Below, piece after piece: positions 36,567 to 52,186 of a stretch of 64,000 nucleotides of DNA. A program made the position numbers and the translations under genes. Below the pieces are notes generated by a model. It searched no databases. It had not been told where the DNA came from and saw only the letters and a list, made by a program, of their open reading frames with translations. Each line of letters begins with the position of its first letter. Positions within the stretch are counted from its first letter, which is position 1. The stretch is from Chiloscyllium plagiosum. Lineage: Eukaryota. Location: the NCBI RefSeq assembly GCF_004010195.1, contig NC_057728.1, forward strand, positions 47,526,166-47,590,165, in the 5' to 3' direction.

Positions 36567-38971
36567 CCATGCCAGGACAAGACCACCATGCCTGGACAAG
36601 ACCGCCACACCAGGAGACTGTCACTGTGTGACAAGAGCACCACTTGTCCTTCAGGAGTCCAGGCCTAGCCATGGCCGGGGAGTCTTGGCCTAGACTGACA
36701 GTCTGGGTGGGGGATTCAGCCTGGGACCTGCTCCTCACTCACTGAGAGAACCCGGGCTGAGTGGAGCCATGTCGTGCTCATCCTGGTGTTGCTGCTGCTG
36801 CCGCCGGAGGACTCCTCCTTCAGCTGCCACTCTCCAGACAAGCAAAGAAAATAATGCAAAAAGAAAGAGAAAAGAAAAAGAGTTAAAGAATAAAGAAAAA
36901 AAGAAGATAAAGAAAGCCAGGATCATATAAGCCCAGGTTCAGCCCACCTACTCCACCACCAACTTGGAAGAAAAAGGTCTAAAGTGAGAGGGGAAAAATT
37001 TTAAAAGGACGTGAGGGGTAACATTTTCACACAGAGGGTGGTGCATGTATGGAACAAGCTGCAAAAGAAAGTGGGGGAAGCTGGTACAATGACAAAATTT
37101 AAAAGGTGTCTGGATAGGTAAATGAATAGGAAGAGTTTAGGCGGATATGAGCCAACTGCTGGCAATCGAGACTAGGTCAGACTGAGATGTTTGGTTGGTA
37201 TGGATGAGTTGGACCGACTGGGTATATTTCCATGCTGTCTGACTTCACCACTCTAACTGGTCAACCCACAGTTTCAACAGTTTGCTAACTTTTCCCTCCC
37301 TCATGATTTTCTTGACTTCCTCCTTCCCTTCCATTTCCTGAGTGTCAATTATTTCCAACATGTTAGTTGTATCCTTCAGAATGAAGACCGACACACAATA
37401 ACAATTCACTACATTCTGTTTTTTTTACCCTCTGCTTAACAACTTCCTGCAGCATGATGCTTTCGCTAGTCTGTTTAATCACTTACGTTCATCTGCACAA
37501 GCTGAGCACTCCTCAGACCTATTTGACCATGACAATGTCTGATGCACCTCCATTACTGTCTGCTGACTCATGATCATATCCACCTGTATCTCATGCTGAT
37601 TAAAACAGAAATTCCTGCTTTGAGAAGTGTGACTGTATTTCAGAATAAGATTTCCAGATATTTCTCCCCTTCCCTTATGTTGTATAATGTCTGCAATTTC
37701 ACTTGTAAATCAATAGTCCTGATTCAGAATTCCTCTAGATGCTTGCAATTTCTGAAAACATGTTGGTCCTTGATGCCTTGGCATCTAAAACCTGCTACAG
37801 TCCACAGTTACATCATAGTATCTGTTCTGCCATTGTTGCTTATGTTTCTTTAGTTAATTTACTTTAATTACTTTGTGCATTAATTTAGAATAATTCCTAC
37901 ATATAAAGAATCTACTGCGCACCTTAATTGCTCAAAAACTACAACTAAAATTATGGTTTTCTTAATAACACAGCTATGTATTTCAGGTATTTATTTTAAT
38001 ATCTTACTTTTTTTATTTATATTGTTTCATGTTTTATTTATTTTGTTTTAACTCTGGTGTCCAAAGCTAGTAATTAACACTACCTCTCACACGAAGCACG
38101 TGCCAGGCAATCAAATGACTGGTTTTCTAGCACTACCCAAAACATCTGGCACCACCACACTCTACTCCCAAATTGAAAGTGAAACTGCCACCACTGCTTT
38201 CTCTTTCTTTGGAATACCCAGCAGGTCTGAAAGCATCTGTGGACAGAAAAGCAGAATTCGCATTTTTGGATCAAATCTGACACTTAGGCATTGAAGGAAG
38301 TTTGATGGTTAAATGTAATTGAAATGTGGGGATTGAGGGAAAAAGAAGAATAAAAGAGAAGAACCGGGATAAGGTGGAGGGCATATGAGATTAAATGACA
38401 AAATGTCACAGAACAAAAAGCCAAATAGCATAAGGAATTTTGTCAGAAAGAAAGAAAGCTTTGGTCCAGAGTAAAGCATTTATATTCACGCTTTCTGACA
38501 CTTTTGTCTTTTTACTATAACCTTTATCCGTCCCTTTGCTTTTTGTTCCAGGGCAACTTTATCATATCATCTTTCTTGGAATTGTTCATTATTTGTCTTT
38601 CAGATGAGTATCCGACTCTCAGGTAAATGTAAGTGATTCTTGAACATTGTTTTGAAGAAACATGGTATCCTGGCTAATATTTATCACTTAATCAACACCA
38701 CATATTTGTTTGTGGGAATTTGCTGGTTCCAAATTAGCTACCAAATTTCTTGCACCCCCAACAGTGACTTAACTTCAAAAGTAGTTCAAAAACTCTAAAG
38801 TGCTTTGGAACATTCAGCAATCATGAATGATACTATATAAATGCAAGCCTTTTCTTTCTCGATCATGCAATTACCTTGTTAAATACTCCACATGATTATT
38901 ATATGCTAAATTTATTACTTGTCAAAAATATTCAAAATTACTTAGGTTTGCCCTAGATAAAATAATTTCCT

Positions 38972-39188
38972 AAATAAAAACCAAAAGAACTGAGGATGGT
39001 AGAAATCAGAAACAGAAATTGCTGGAAAATACTCAGCAGGTCTGGTAGCATTTATGAAGAGAAATCAGGGTTAATGTTTCAGGTCTGGTGGTTGAGGAAG
39101 GGTCATTGGACCAGAAATGTTGACTCTGATTTCTCTCCACAGATGCTGCCAGACTTGCTGAGCTTTTTCAGCATTCCTTATTTTTGTT
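38972..39188. mobile_element. Palindromic family B PLE-derived element
   Basis: Inverted arms around a degenerate hammerhead at ~39091-39125; TSD TAAAATAATTT(C/T)CT at 38958-38971 and 39189-39202. Confidence 0.8.
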
Positions 39189-40084
39189 TAAAATAATTTT
39201 CTGTTCCTATTTCTTATGGTCTATAGATTGGGACATTAGCTCTTTGTTTAGGGGGAGGGAGCAGCGTCACATAAAGGCAAAATGTTCAACTCAAAACCCA
39301 TCTGTTTACACAGAGTTAAAGTTGGACTTAAATCTATTGATGAGGAAGTCTGAATATAGTGAAAACGTGAAGATACTGTCAAATTTACAGAGCTGGGGAA
39401 ATGGTTTGCTGAGTAGCAGGTGTGGAGAGATTCCAGGTTCACACTGGTTCAAGTGGTGAAGATTAGTCCGCGGGGACTGAAGATCAGATTTATGAGGTGG
39501 GCAGGGTAATGGATCCTGGGGAGACAGATAGGAGTTTAAAGTCATTTGGAGAAACTAATCCAAAAATATTTAAAATTGGAGTATAACATCTGACAGCAGA
39601 GTTACTTAAACTGCCACAGTTATGAACAAACTTTTCCAGTTTGAGAAGCATTTTTCTTTTTTGAATTTTCTTTGTCCAATTAACAACTACACTGCTGAGT
39701 TCATTCTATCAGGTAAATTGTATTCAATCTGTTAATTTTGATAGGCTGTAACTACACTCATTATCCTAACTAGATTCGTAACAATTTAAGTCAAATTAGT
39801 TTCAATATCTGACTTGTAAATCCATAAACAATAGAAACTTGTGATGAAATTAAATAAAGAGAATCAAATTCCATCTGTACTTGTACATATCATCAATCTA
39901 ACTGGACAGTTTGGGGAGTATGAGTTTAGAAGCTAACAAGATTAGATGAATTTTAAAACAGTATAGGGCCCCTTATCTAAGGAAGGTGTGCTGGCATTGG
40001 AGGTAATCCAGATAAGGTTCCTTGGTTAGAGGAACTATTTTGAGGAGAGGTTGAGTAGTTTTGGCCTATACTCACTGGAATTTA

Positions 40085-40179
40085 TTGTTCTGCCCAAAAC
40101 ATTGATTCTCCTGCTGCTCGGATACTGCCTGACCTGCTGTGCTTTTCTAGCACCGTATTCTCGTCTCTGATCTCCAGTC
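40085..40179 (+). mobile_element. Solo family A fragment in a CR1 remnant
   Basis: Perfect 14-bp TSD CTCACTGGAATTTA at 40071-40084 and 40180-40193. Confidence 0.85.
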
Positions 40180-40465
40180 CTCACTGGAATTTAGAAGAAT
40201 GAGAGGCGACTTTATTGAAACATACAAGATTCTTTGGGGATTTGATAGGGTAGATACAGAAAAGTCATTCCCAGTTGTCAGAGAGTCTAGACCAGAAGGC
40301 ATAATCTCAGAATGAGGGGTTGCCCGTTTAAGGGAGAAATGAGGAAAAATATCTTCTCTCGGAGGGTAGTAAATCTGTGGAATTCTTTACCACAGAAAGC
40401 TGTAGAAGCTGGAGCATTAAGTATATTCGGATTGAGATAGCCAAATTTTTAATCAGTAAGAGAAT

Positions 40466-40761
40466 GAGGCGCAGCAGTGGCTCTGTGGTTAGCACTACTG
40501 CCTGACAGCGCCAGGGATCCGGGTTCAATTCTCCACCTTGGGTGACTGTGTGTGGAGTTTGCACATTCTCCCTGTGTCTGTTTCCTCCCACAATCCAAAG
40601 ATGTGCAGTTTAGATGAATTAGCCATGCTAAGTTGCCCATCGTCACGGGTAATTATAGGGGAGGGGAATGGGTCTGGGTGGGTTACTCTTCGGAGGGTCG
40701 GTGTGGGCTTGTTGGGCCGAAAGGCCTGTTTCCATACTGTAGGTAATCTAATCTAATCTAA
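40466..40761 (+). mobile_element. tRNA-derived SINE
   Basis: GTGGTTAGCAC head, GGGTTCAATTC B box, (TCTAA)n tail. Confidence 0.85.
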
Positions 40762-43217
40762 TGAAGGGTTATGGGGAGAAAGAAAGAAAGTGAAGTTGAA
40801 GACTGTCAGATCAGCCATGATCTCATTGAACGGCAGAGCAGACTCAATGAGTTGAATGGCCTATTTCTATTCATATGTATTATTGTTCAAAAAATGATAG
40901 AAAATAACCTTGAGAGACCAAGTAGTGCTGGAAAAGTATTGACCTGCTGGTTTGGTTGTTTTCAACTTCTTTCATGTTCTAGGATTTCCACATTCTGGGA
41001 AGTGCACAGATCTAGTCTCCTCTCAAAAAGATGGAAAAAATATAATGATGAATTGCCATTTCATCAGCCTACTCTCCGTTAACAGCAGAGTGATGGCATT
41101 TTTTTTCCAGTGCTCTTTTGTGGTATTTAACCATCAGTGACATGCTTACCCACATTCAATCTTGATTATTTGGCATTACCATTCCTTTTGCCTTTTGGTT
41201 GCGCCAGACACTTTCACAATATTGGTTCAAAAATGGTTAAAACAGCTGATTTCCAGAGATGACTTGAAAACAATTACCAGACATTTACTTGACATTAAGG
41301 CTGGATTTGACCAAGTATGGAATCAGTAAGGCCAAGTAAAGTCAGGGGAAACTCTCCACAGCCTGGCATCATGCCTAGCTCAAAGACAGATGGTTGTGGT
41401 TATTGCAGGACAATCACGGAGGATTTCCAGGTCCAACCATATTCAGATGCTTCATCAATGACCTCCCTCTATAATATGATCAGAAGCTTGTTGATGATTT
41501 CAATATTCAGTTCTATTAAGAATTCAGATAATTAAACATTCCACAGAGCAAGTCTTGCACAATATTCAGTCTTGTACTTATGTGTCAAGTAATATATGAA
41601 TGAATGAATGATTTTGTTGTCAAGGGTATTTTACAGTGAGAAAACACTAACAAGAAAGAATTTAATCATATTTCCTTAATACTGAATGGTATTAACATAA
41701 TTAAATACTCCACTATTAACATTCTGGGGGGGTTACTTCTGATCATGAGCAGAGGAGGACAAACCACATGTAGAAGGTAGTCAGTGAATAGATATTCTGT
41801 GGTGAGGAACCCACTTCCCCTAAAAGGCTATTTTCTTTACATATTACCAAGTCAGAACATAGAACTTAGGAGCAGGAGTAGGTCATTTAAGCCTGTTCTG
41901 TCATTCAATAAAATCATTGTTGGTAGTGGTCTCAATTTCTTGGTGTATGCTGCCTTATTATCCTCTATTCCCTGGTCTATCAAAAATCAGCCTTCATAAA
42001 ATGTAATTGTTATGAAGGTGTAGAGGTGTACTGTACCTTTAAGAGGGAGAGGAAGCTCGCAAGGACTGACTGAAAGTCCAGAGTGTCCTGAACAAGGTAA
42101 AAATGTAACACTTGATCAAAACAAATACCTGGAGTTGTGTTGCCATGGAACAAAAACAAATTTAAATTCGGCCAGTTTAAAATATGCCCCAGATATCAAA
42201 ATCCAATCAAATTTGAATTTCACTGTTTGGGAGGACGTCAAACCAATGAAATGATCCAATGTTTTGGGGTATAAAATTGGACATGTTGAACAGTTAGGGT
42301 GAGAACAGCAACAAATGCAAACAAACAGACCGCGAGCTGAATAGTTCTCTGAAAGGTACCTATCTATGAAAAATTTGTGCAGAACTCCAAAGTCGACCTC
42401 GAGGAATCTACAGAGAACATTTGACATCTGAAGACTGTACCGATGTTTGAAATTGATTTTGCCATAAATTTAAGAGGGAATTTAACGGATCAGTATTGTA
42501 GAGTGGGAGGTAAAAGATAGGTTTAAGAGAAAGGTGACCAAAGCAATTCAGTAGAATATGGTGCTTTGTAGGAAAAAGAATTGTAAAAATGAAATATTTC
42601 TATAAATGAGATTCTTAAAGCAGAAAAAGAGACATCCAACACTATATAAACATTTAAGAAAATATGAACATTTAAGAATAAAAGTGAAGCAGAAATGGCT
42701 TATAGAAGCTCAACTGGGACTCCAGGTTTTATAAGTGGAATGTTGAATATAAAAAACATGAGATAAATCTTGTAATTATGAAAGAAATTTACAAGGTCAC
42801 AATTGTTGTGTACAGTTTTCAGTATACAACTGTTGGGAATATGCTTGATTTGTAGAAATGATTTACCTGGAGGCTCAGTGTCAGCTCAGTATCGTTGGAA
42901 GACCTCTGTTCCGGACATTTATCTTTGCAATGCTGGACAGTTTATTTGTCTATTTTCTAAGATCTTGTAACTAAAGAAGCTGTACCTCGGTAACTTGTAC
43001 CTAAGATAGCGCTTAGCAACAAAAAAGTGTCAACTCTTCAGTGTACTCATTGAGTAACAATAAAGCTAATTCTATTCTATTTTCAACTGGATAAATGCTA
43101 AAGTTACTGAAGGAAACTTGAAAACTGACATGAAATATTGGAACTTTTCTCACTGAAGCAGAAAATTGCATGGGGATCTAATAGAAGATGTAAAATTTAC
43201 GACAGCTATTGAAAAGG

Positions 43218-43329
43218 CAAAAGTGAGGACTGCAGATGCTGGAGATTAGAGTCAAAAATGTGGTGCTGGAAAAGCACTCCAGGTCAGGCAGGAGCAGGAA
43301 AATTGACATTTTGGGCATAAGCCCTTTAT
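43218..43329 (-). mobile_element. Solo family A fragment
   Basis: Perfect 15-bp TSD CAGCTATTGAAAAGG at 43203-43217 and 43330-43344; 5' end coincides with the CUG of the hammerhead core. Confidence 0.88.
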
Positions 43330-46300
43330 CAGCTATTGAAAAGGTAAGAGTGCAACAGTATTTCAAATGGTTGGTGACTTAGTACCAGGGAGACAAGTTC
43401 TAAGATTCAACACTAGAAAAATTAAGGTAACTTTTCTGAGGTTGCTATTTAGGCACATTTTGAAACATAAATAGGAACTGGATGAATGGCTGAAAAGCAA
43501 CAAAAAAAAAGCAAGTTGAGTAAATAATAGGAAATAGTTCCAGCAGAAAAGCAAACAAACAGTCATTGATGTAATGAGCTCAATGGTCTCTGCCTGTGCT
43601 ATAATATTTATGATACTGTAATATCAATTATGAATGGAATGCAACTGAAATGTAACATGTATATACACTAGTTTTATTAATTGATTACATAAAACATTTG
43701 TTTAATTTCAGATAATTCAAACTATTCTGAAGGTGTACTTTACACAAAATATTGTCACATTTCTTAAAAAAGGAACTTTTTTTACAAAATAATTACGCAT
43801 ACAAGGGAAAAAAAATCTGCCATATTAACATGAGGGAAAAGATGGAATAAATGCTTTAAAAACAATATAAACACTTTACTGGATTTTGTGTAACAATGCC
43901 ATGCAAAATTAGTTCGATTCTGAATGTGACCGTAATGTGATAAACTGTGGATAAAATATTTGTCCATGTGACAGAAAATAGAACACTTCATTCACACAAT
44001 AGACTTCACAGCAATGTTCCTCAGAACTATTCAATATATTCAACTATTCCTCAGAACTATTCAATGGATAAAAGACAAATTATCTAAAAACCTTTCTAAT
44101 TTATGTATTGCTTACCCAGTTCTCCACATAAACCTTACTGCATTTGCCTTTTAAGTGACCAGATTGCAACTTGATGTTCCAGTTCAGAGTTTAAAGCACA
44201 TAATCTGGCAGTGCAGCAATATATCTTGCAGGTAGGTTAATACATTTAGATTCTGGTCAATCTTCCAGGTGGCCATAAAAGATCAGATGAAAACAATTTT
44301 CAGTAGACTCACTAGGTTGGTACTAGCTATGGAGAGACTGTCTTGTAAGGGAACACTGAGTGGATTGGGTCCATATTCTTTGGAATTTAGAAGAACAAGA
44401 GGTGATCTTATTGAAAAATGTAAGATTCTTAAATGACTTGACAAGGTAAATGCAGAAAGATTGTTTTCCCACATGGGAAACCTAGAACCAGAGGGCATTG
44501 TCTCAGAAAAAAACAGATTGCACGTTTAAGTTAGAGATTAGGAGGAATTTCTTTTCTGAGGGTAACAAATCTGTGGAATTCTTTACTATAAAGGGCTATC
44601 GAGGCTGAGTTGTAAGTATATTCAAAGTTGAGTTGGATGGATTTAATGAGAAAGGGAATGGGATAAAGGCAGGAAAGTGGAGCCATCAGATTGGCCATCA
44701 TCTCATTGATTGGCAAAGCAAACCCAATAGAGAACTTATAAGAAAAACAGGATGTTCTCACATGTCTTAACTAATATTTCATCGTCAACCAACACCAAAG
44801 GTGTAGTGGTTTTGTGGTAGTGTTTTATATTTCTCCTATTTCTGGGTCAGAGGTCCAGCTTCGATAGGGAGGCGCTGGCCTGATGGTCATATCACTAGAT
44901 TATTAATTCAGAGACCCAGGCAATGATGAGGACCTGTGCTCAAATAGTGGAATTTAATTTCAATTTTTAAAAAAATCTGGAATTAAAGAGTCTAATGATT
45001 ACCATGAAAGCATTATTGATTATTGGGGAAAAAAAAGTCTTCCTTAGTAATGTCCTTTAGGGAAGAAAACTACTGTCCTTATCTGGTTTGGCCTACATTT
45101 GGCTCCAGACTCAGAGCAACGTGCTTGACTCTTAACTGCCCTCCAAGAATTAGAGATGGTCAATAAATGCTGGTCCAGCCAGCAGTGCCCACATTCTTTG
45201 AAAGCATAATTTTAAAATGCCCCACCTGCCACAGAGATATGTCATGACACATCCAAATAGGTAAATGTTAAAAAAAGTAATTCAGGCAATGAGGTCATGA
45301 AGACACAAAAGATACTATATGTTATTTCTCAACATATTATCATAGCACACTTAAAAGTAATCTACAACTATATTCAAATATCTGACTGTATAAAAGTTTG
45401 ACTTTTAATTAATTATAGTTGATATGAATGTACAAACTGCAGATAGTGAGTTAAATCAAGATTTATGAACTTTGGGCAACTCAATTCTACCTATGTTTAC
45501 ATTTCTTAGTTGCTAGTTTGCTTAAAGGTTTGGGGTTTGAAAAGGATTGTTTTCAGCACAATCACCTCATTGTTAAATGTAACCAAAAACTAAACAACAA
45601 GATTTGCTGATATTAGCAACTTGTGATTTATTCAAATGAATGAAAATACAAATTTAAACTCTTAGTGTATTTGCTGAGGTTTTGACTGCTCAATGTAGGC
45701 TATGGTGAGTATGTTTGGATACTATACATTAAACATAACATAATCAGATATTTCAAAGTGTTTCTCTAAATTTTTGCCTAAATCAGTTTTATACTTAAAA
45801 AAAAATTAGCTATGTTAAATACTAATTGTATGATGCTTATGCAAATTTACTTCCAGGAGAAGAGGTCAACAGGGTTTCATAAATTACCACAAGTATTAAG
45901 AACATCTTTCCAAGAAGTTCAGAAGAACAAAGAAAAAGGAGCTTTCCAGAATGCTCTTTCAAAAATAATCTATTCCTTAATGTCTCTGCTGATTTCTTTT
46001 CCCCATTATAATTTACATTCACTAATTCTTTTCTATATATTGATAATAACTGATTTAAAAACTCTATGCTCATAGTTGTTTATGCTCATTCTGTTTCTTC
46101 AATTTATGAGGAGGGAGGGAGTGATGGAGTAAAAAAAACACGGGTTAAAATGTTATTATACTTTGTTCTGCAATTCAAACTCTGAACCACGTGCAAATTA
46201 GTTAATTGCTGAATGGATAATAAGGTTTTTTCCTTAATGCATGGCTAAAAGTGTTGAATGGGAGGCAGATTTATCAATTCAGGGGCTCTGGCACTGGTGC

Positions 46301-48100
46301 CAAGAAATAGGAAGCTGTTCTTTCCAAACGGGCTCCAATTAAACTGCGATGAAACAAGTATCCATTATATTTTTAAAAATCAATTCACAGAAAATATGGA
46401 TTTCTTTAAGAAATGAAAACTCAATACAAGTGATCAAACAGAAAAACTTAGAAATGGTATTTGATGAAACAGGAAGCTTTTGATGTTGTCAGGAGGAGAA
46501 ATAACATTGAGAGAATTTTAGATTGTTATTTTCCTTTATTCTTTCATGTGATCACTGACAAGGCTAACATTTATTGTCTACCCTTAATTCATTTGAATAG
46601 AGAAATGTATTTGTCTATTTCCAAATCAATCATATTGCTGTGGTTGTTTGGAATCACATGTACACCTGCCAGATCAGGTAAGGATGGCAGATTTATTTCC
46701 CTAATGGGCATTAGTGAACCAGATGGGTTTTTTATGACAATTGACATAACTGCTGTGGTCACCATCACCAAGAGCAGCTCTTATTGCCACATTCATTAAT
46801 GAAGTTTGAACTTCACCAACCACCATGTTGAAATTTAAATCTGTGTCCAGAGAGTAATAGAGGTTGGCACAGTGGGAATATCACTGGGCCTCTGGATTAC
46901 TCATCCAGTGACACTACCACAATGTCACTGTCTCTCCTAGAAATGAAAGATCACCAAGAAATTCGTAAAGACAAACTCGAACACAAGTAAACAAGCGAGA
47001 ACAAAACTGATTTAAAAACCTTCTGTAGGTATGGAAAAACATAAAAATTAAATTCAGAAAACTAAAGTGAGAGACTGCCTCCTCAATTAAACAATCCTCA
47101 GAACTCCCCCCACTCTATGATGCCCCTGTGTTTTGGACTCCAGCTCAACAAATCTGAACAGAAGTTTCTCTTTATTGCAAATGCGTTTGTTAAAGATTCT
47201 GGTATAGCACAAAACCAGCAATTCAATCCAAGCCAATCTTGATGTATGTTTAATTACTCAAGATTTATGTATGACTTTAATTAATTAAACTAATTTTTCT
47301 TTGCTCAGTCCACTTATTGCTGGATTTGGTTTGTGTTATTGTAGATTAACTTAAGATTTACCTGTAAATTATCCCTTGGGGCTGAAACATCATTTTGCTT
47401 TTATTTCTCCTGTATCACTCTCAGTCTTAAAGCTATTCAGTAACTTCATTTCATTTTTAAGCTCTTGCTGGTCAGGATTCACAACTCTTCTGTCAAATAC
47501 TGGATTCAAGAATTAGAAGGTAGAATTTCAAATTCTGAAATTTAGGCAGCAGTGTTTTGAGTAAAACCATGATAAGATTGAGAATCATCAGTAAGAATTT
47601 AACAAAAAACAAGTTTTCAAAAAGACATTGAATAAACTTTGATTTGAAATGTTGATTTACATCCAGAATCATAAGGAGGAAACCAACCAGTGATTTTGAA
47701 GAGTGAGCTTGGCTGATCAATAGTTTACTGCCAAAATCTGTTCATCAAAGTTATAAGTTGTTACATAATTTAAGTATGTTCTCTGATTTAGAGGCATTGC
47801 TGAAAAAAATGTTAATAAAAAGGAGCAACAACATCAATTGTAATAAAAAGACTATTCACTGAGATGTAACATATTGAGGGTAAGCTTTTTGATTGAAGAC
47901 ACCAAATAACATTTCCAAAGAAACAATAAATAAGTAAACAAAGTAAGCGTGTGAAGATACAGCTTATGCTTCCACAAAGTTGCAATATTGGAAGTATTTT
48001 TGTACATCTTCATTTTAATTCAGACTTCCGTTTGTTAGTGCAATACTCATATGCAATATTTTATGCTAGCAGATGATTAGAATCCTCCTTCACTATGTTT

Positions 48101-48565
<465 letters not shown>

Positions 48566-48932
48566 ATTGCTGTCCTGTACTCCAGTTTTGTATGATTTAC
48601 TAATTTATAATGAACAGCAAATTATGCCCCTTGTAAAATGGCCTGTGAACTTGACAACCTGGCTTGAAAGCTTCCTTAATTTGCCAGCATAGTCAATGAC
48701 ACATAAGATGTAATAGAATTAATGCATTTATGCTTCACATTTGTATACAATTGCATGAATATGTTTGACATGCATTCATTTACATAATGGCTTATTTGCT
48801 AGGGAATATTGCAGCCAAGGAAAGGCTTTACCTCATTCAAGTAGTGCAGTACCATTACTTCGTCACTTCTACAATCTCTTTTAGTCAGTGTGGATGGGGA
48901 CAAACATTTTCTTCCCCTTTACACTGCAATCA

Positions 48933-49214
<282 letters not shown>

Positions 49215-49663
49215 TCAGTTCAACTTTTGTTTTTTTTTAATTCTCTCATGAAATGTGGGCATTGTTACCCAGGAGAAAGTGGTGGTGAGCTGCCTTCTTC
49301 AACTGCAGCAATGTGCATGTTATAAGTAGACCCACAATGCCGTTAGCAAGGGAATTTCAGATTCATGGTTTGGTTGAAAATTATGAATTATTTTTCCTCT
49401 TTTCTTTGGGCTTTACTTTCACTTAGTATTAGCAGTTCTATTGGCTGCATCTAGCAGAAACCAAATAACGGCTCTAAAATATTTCATAAGAGGGCAAAGC
49501 CTCTGCTTTTGATCAGATTTTGATGCACTAGTGAAAGAATTTGGTACAATTTGTACAATGTTGGCAAATTCAATAAAGTTGGTAATGATAAATTTTTCAA
49601 CTTTTATAAATAAAGATTTTTCTCGTCAAATGAATGTTGTAGGATATCAATATGGGTTAGCTA

Positions 49664-49981
<318 letters not shown>

Positions 49982-52042
49982 TCAGAATAGAATAGATGAA
50001 AATATGGTTAAATAAATAGGTGAAAACATTCAAAATAATTACAAACATGCAACTTCATGATTTTCCTCTAGAAATATTATTCAGATCTATGTGTGATCAA
50101 AATAATAATGAGATTTAATATTCTGTGATTGGTTTCACTTGGCAGATTTAGGCTGCTGTAGATATAGTTATGATACACTCTGAATTTTTTCTCTTCAAAA
50201 GATAGAATGAGGACTTTCATGAAGACTTTTTATGATGAAGTGTGAGCTTTCTTTGCTGTTCGTTCATCTTTTTGGGGGAACAAGTGAAGGGTAGGCCAGC
50301 AAAGTTAGTATTCACATTGAGCCGAATGGTGCTGATCATTAAATGGCAAGAACAGAATTTAAATGAAAAAAAAGTTTAATCAAGCAAGAACTGAAACAGG
50401 TCTTTTCCCTTGGAGTCTTCCAGGTTAAAGTCATAGGCAATATTATAATTCTGATCAGCAAACCACAAATAGCAAGTTTAATTTCACATGCCAGGTGAGA
50501 AACCAAAACTATCAAATTGACCATACCTCAATGCATTTTATTTACCACTGAAGATTGTTTTTGGCTACTGCTGCCACATCTGGCTCTTCAGTCAACGTTT
50601 AACTCTGCTACGCATCCTGTTAACTGCATTTCCAGACCAGAATCCATGTCAATTGCTATGGCAAGCCATGTGCTACTGTCCATTGACAATCCACTGTTGT
50701 CCTGCTATTCAAATTCTATCAATACTTATAAGAGTAATGTGAGATTGGAAGTCATATCAGTCAGTGTTAATCCATCTCTACTATCCAATTAATCACTTTG
50801 AAATTGGCAAACCCAGTGGCATGGAAAACAACTGATCTGTATTACTCTTGTTTACTTTCATCTCTTCCCAATGTTTGTCTACCATCAACAAGGCATCAGT
50901 CAGGAGTGTGATGGAATACCCTCCATCTACTTGGTTGGTGCAGCTTTAACAACACTAGAAAAACTCAACTTTATCCAGGGCTCAATTGGTGCTTCATCCA
51001 CCACCTTTAATATTTGCTCCCCTTAACTAACACTGTGGCATAAGCATGCACAAATGCAAGGTGCACTGCAACAAATCATCAAATCTCCAGACCGCACTTT
51101 CTAAATCTGCAACCTCTACCACTTGAAAGGACAAAGGCAGTTGTACCTACAGCACATGGACTGCAGTATTTAAGGTGTTCTTCAGGGCAACTGGAAATGG
51201 GCAACAAATACTGGCATTTCCAGTGATACCTAATTCCATGACAAAAAAAGGATCTCTTCTTTTGCTTTCTTTTCCTACCAAGAGACAGATGTCAAGCTAA
51301 GGAGTTGCTAGAAATGAAAATTGGCATAGAAATTGGAAAGAAACAGCAACTTATTTACGCATTCCTCTAAATTTAAGCAACAAAGCAAATATCTTTGCAT
51401 AGACTAATGAAAATCAATTATGTATGTGATTTAACAAGATGTAGATTCTGAATGCAAATTAAATGTGTTCGGTCCTACTATTGAGATGTGTTTACGTAAT
51501 CACTACTGATTCCTACCAATTAGAAACAGCTCACAATACCTTTTGATCCACTGTTTTAAAAACACATTAAAATCACCAGTTCTGAGTTTTCTGAACATGA
51601 TTAGAGGCTTACTCATCTTCTAACAAGAGTTATTCACAAGCATTATCCTGGGACTCAACTCTTCTGCATCTTTACTGAAAATTATTTAAAAAATATAAAA
51701 TCTAAATTGAAAACTTATTTCAGAGAACACAAGGATAAATGCAGAACCTACAGACTAGCCAGTTCAATCTCAGCGATGAGAAAGCATTTAGAAATGATCA
51801 TTCAGAACAAAATTAACAGTAATGTAGACTAGTATGCATTAATTTTTTAAAAAAGTGATTGTGTTTATGAATTGAATAGCTTTTTGATGACCTAACAGAG
51901 ATTCAAGATGATATTATATCTTGTACACAAACTTTCAAAATACGTTTCATATTAGGGTTGCAAGCACCTGGAATAAAAGGTACAATGGTAGCATAGAGGT
52001 GAATTTAACTGAGTGACAGGAAATAAAGTAGTGCTGACCAGA

Positions 52043-52186
52043 AAACTGAAAGAACTGTGAATGCTATAAATCAGAAACAAAATCTTAAACAGAAATGGCT
52101 GGAAAAGCTCAGCAGGTCTGGCAGCATATGTGGAGAGAAATCAGAGTTAACGATTCGGGTCCAGTGACCCTTTTTCAGAACACGTC
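52043..52186 (-). mobile_element. Solo family B fragment
   Basis: GUU-CUGAAAA-A-GGGUC-ACUG-GACCC-GAAU-CGUU-AAC; TSD TAGTGCT(G/A)A(C/A)CAGA at 52029-52042 and 52187-52200. Confidence 0.8.

Noticed and set aside
35990..36700. CRISPR-like spaced repeats
   Set aside because: Eukaryotic context; the repeats are degenerate and irregular, with no unique spacers or cas genes
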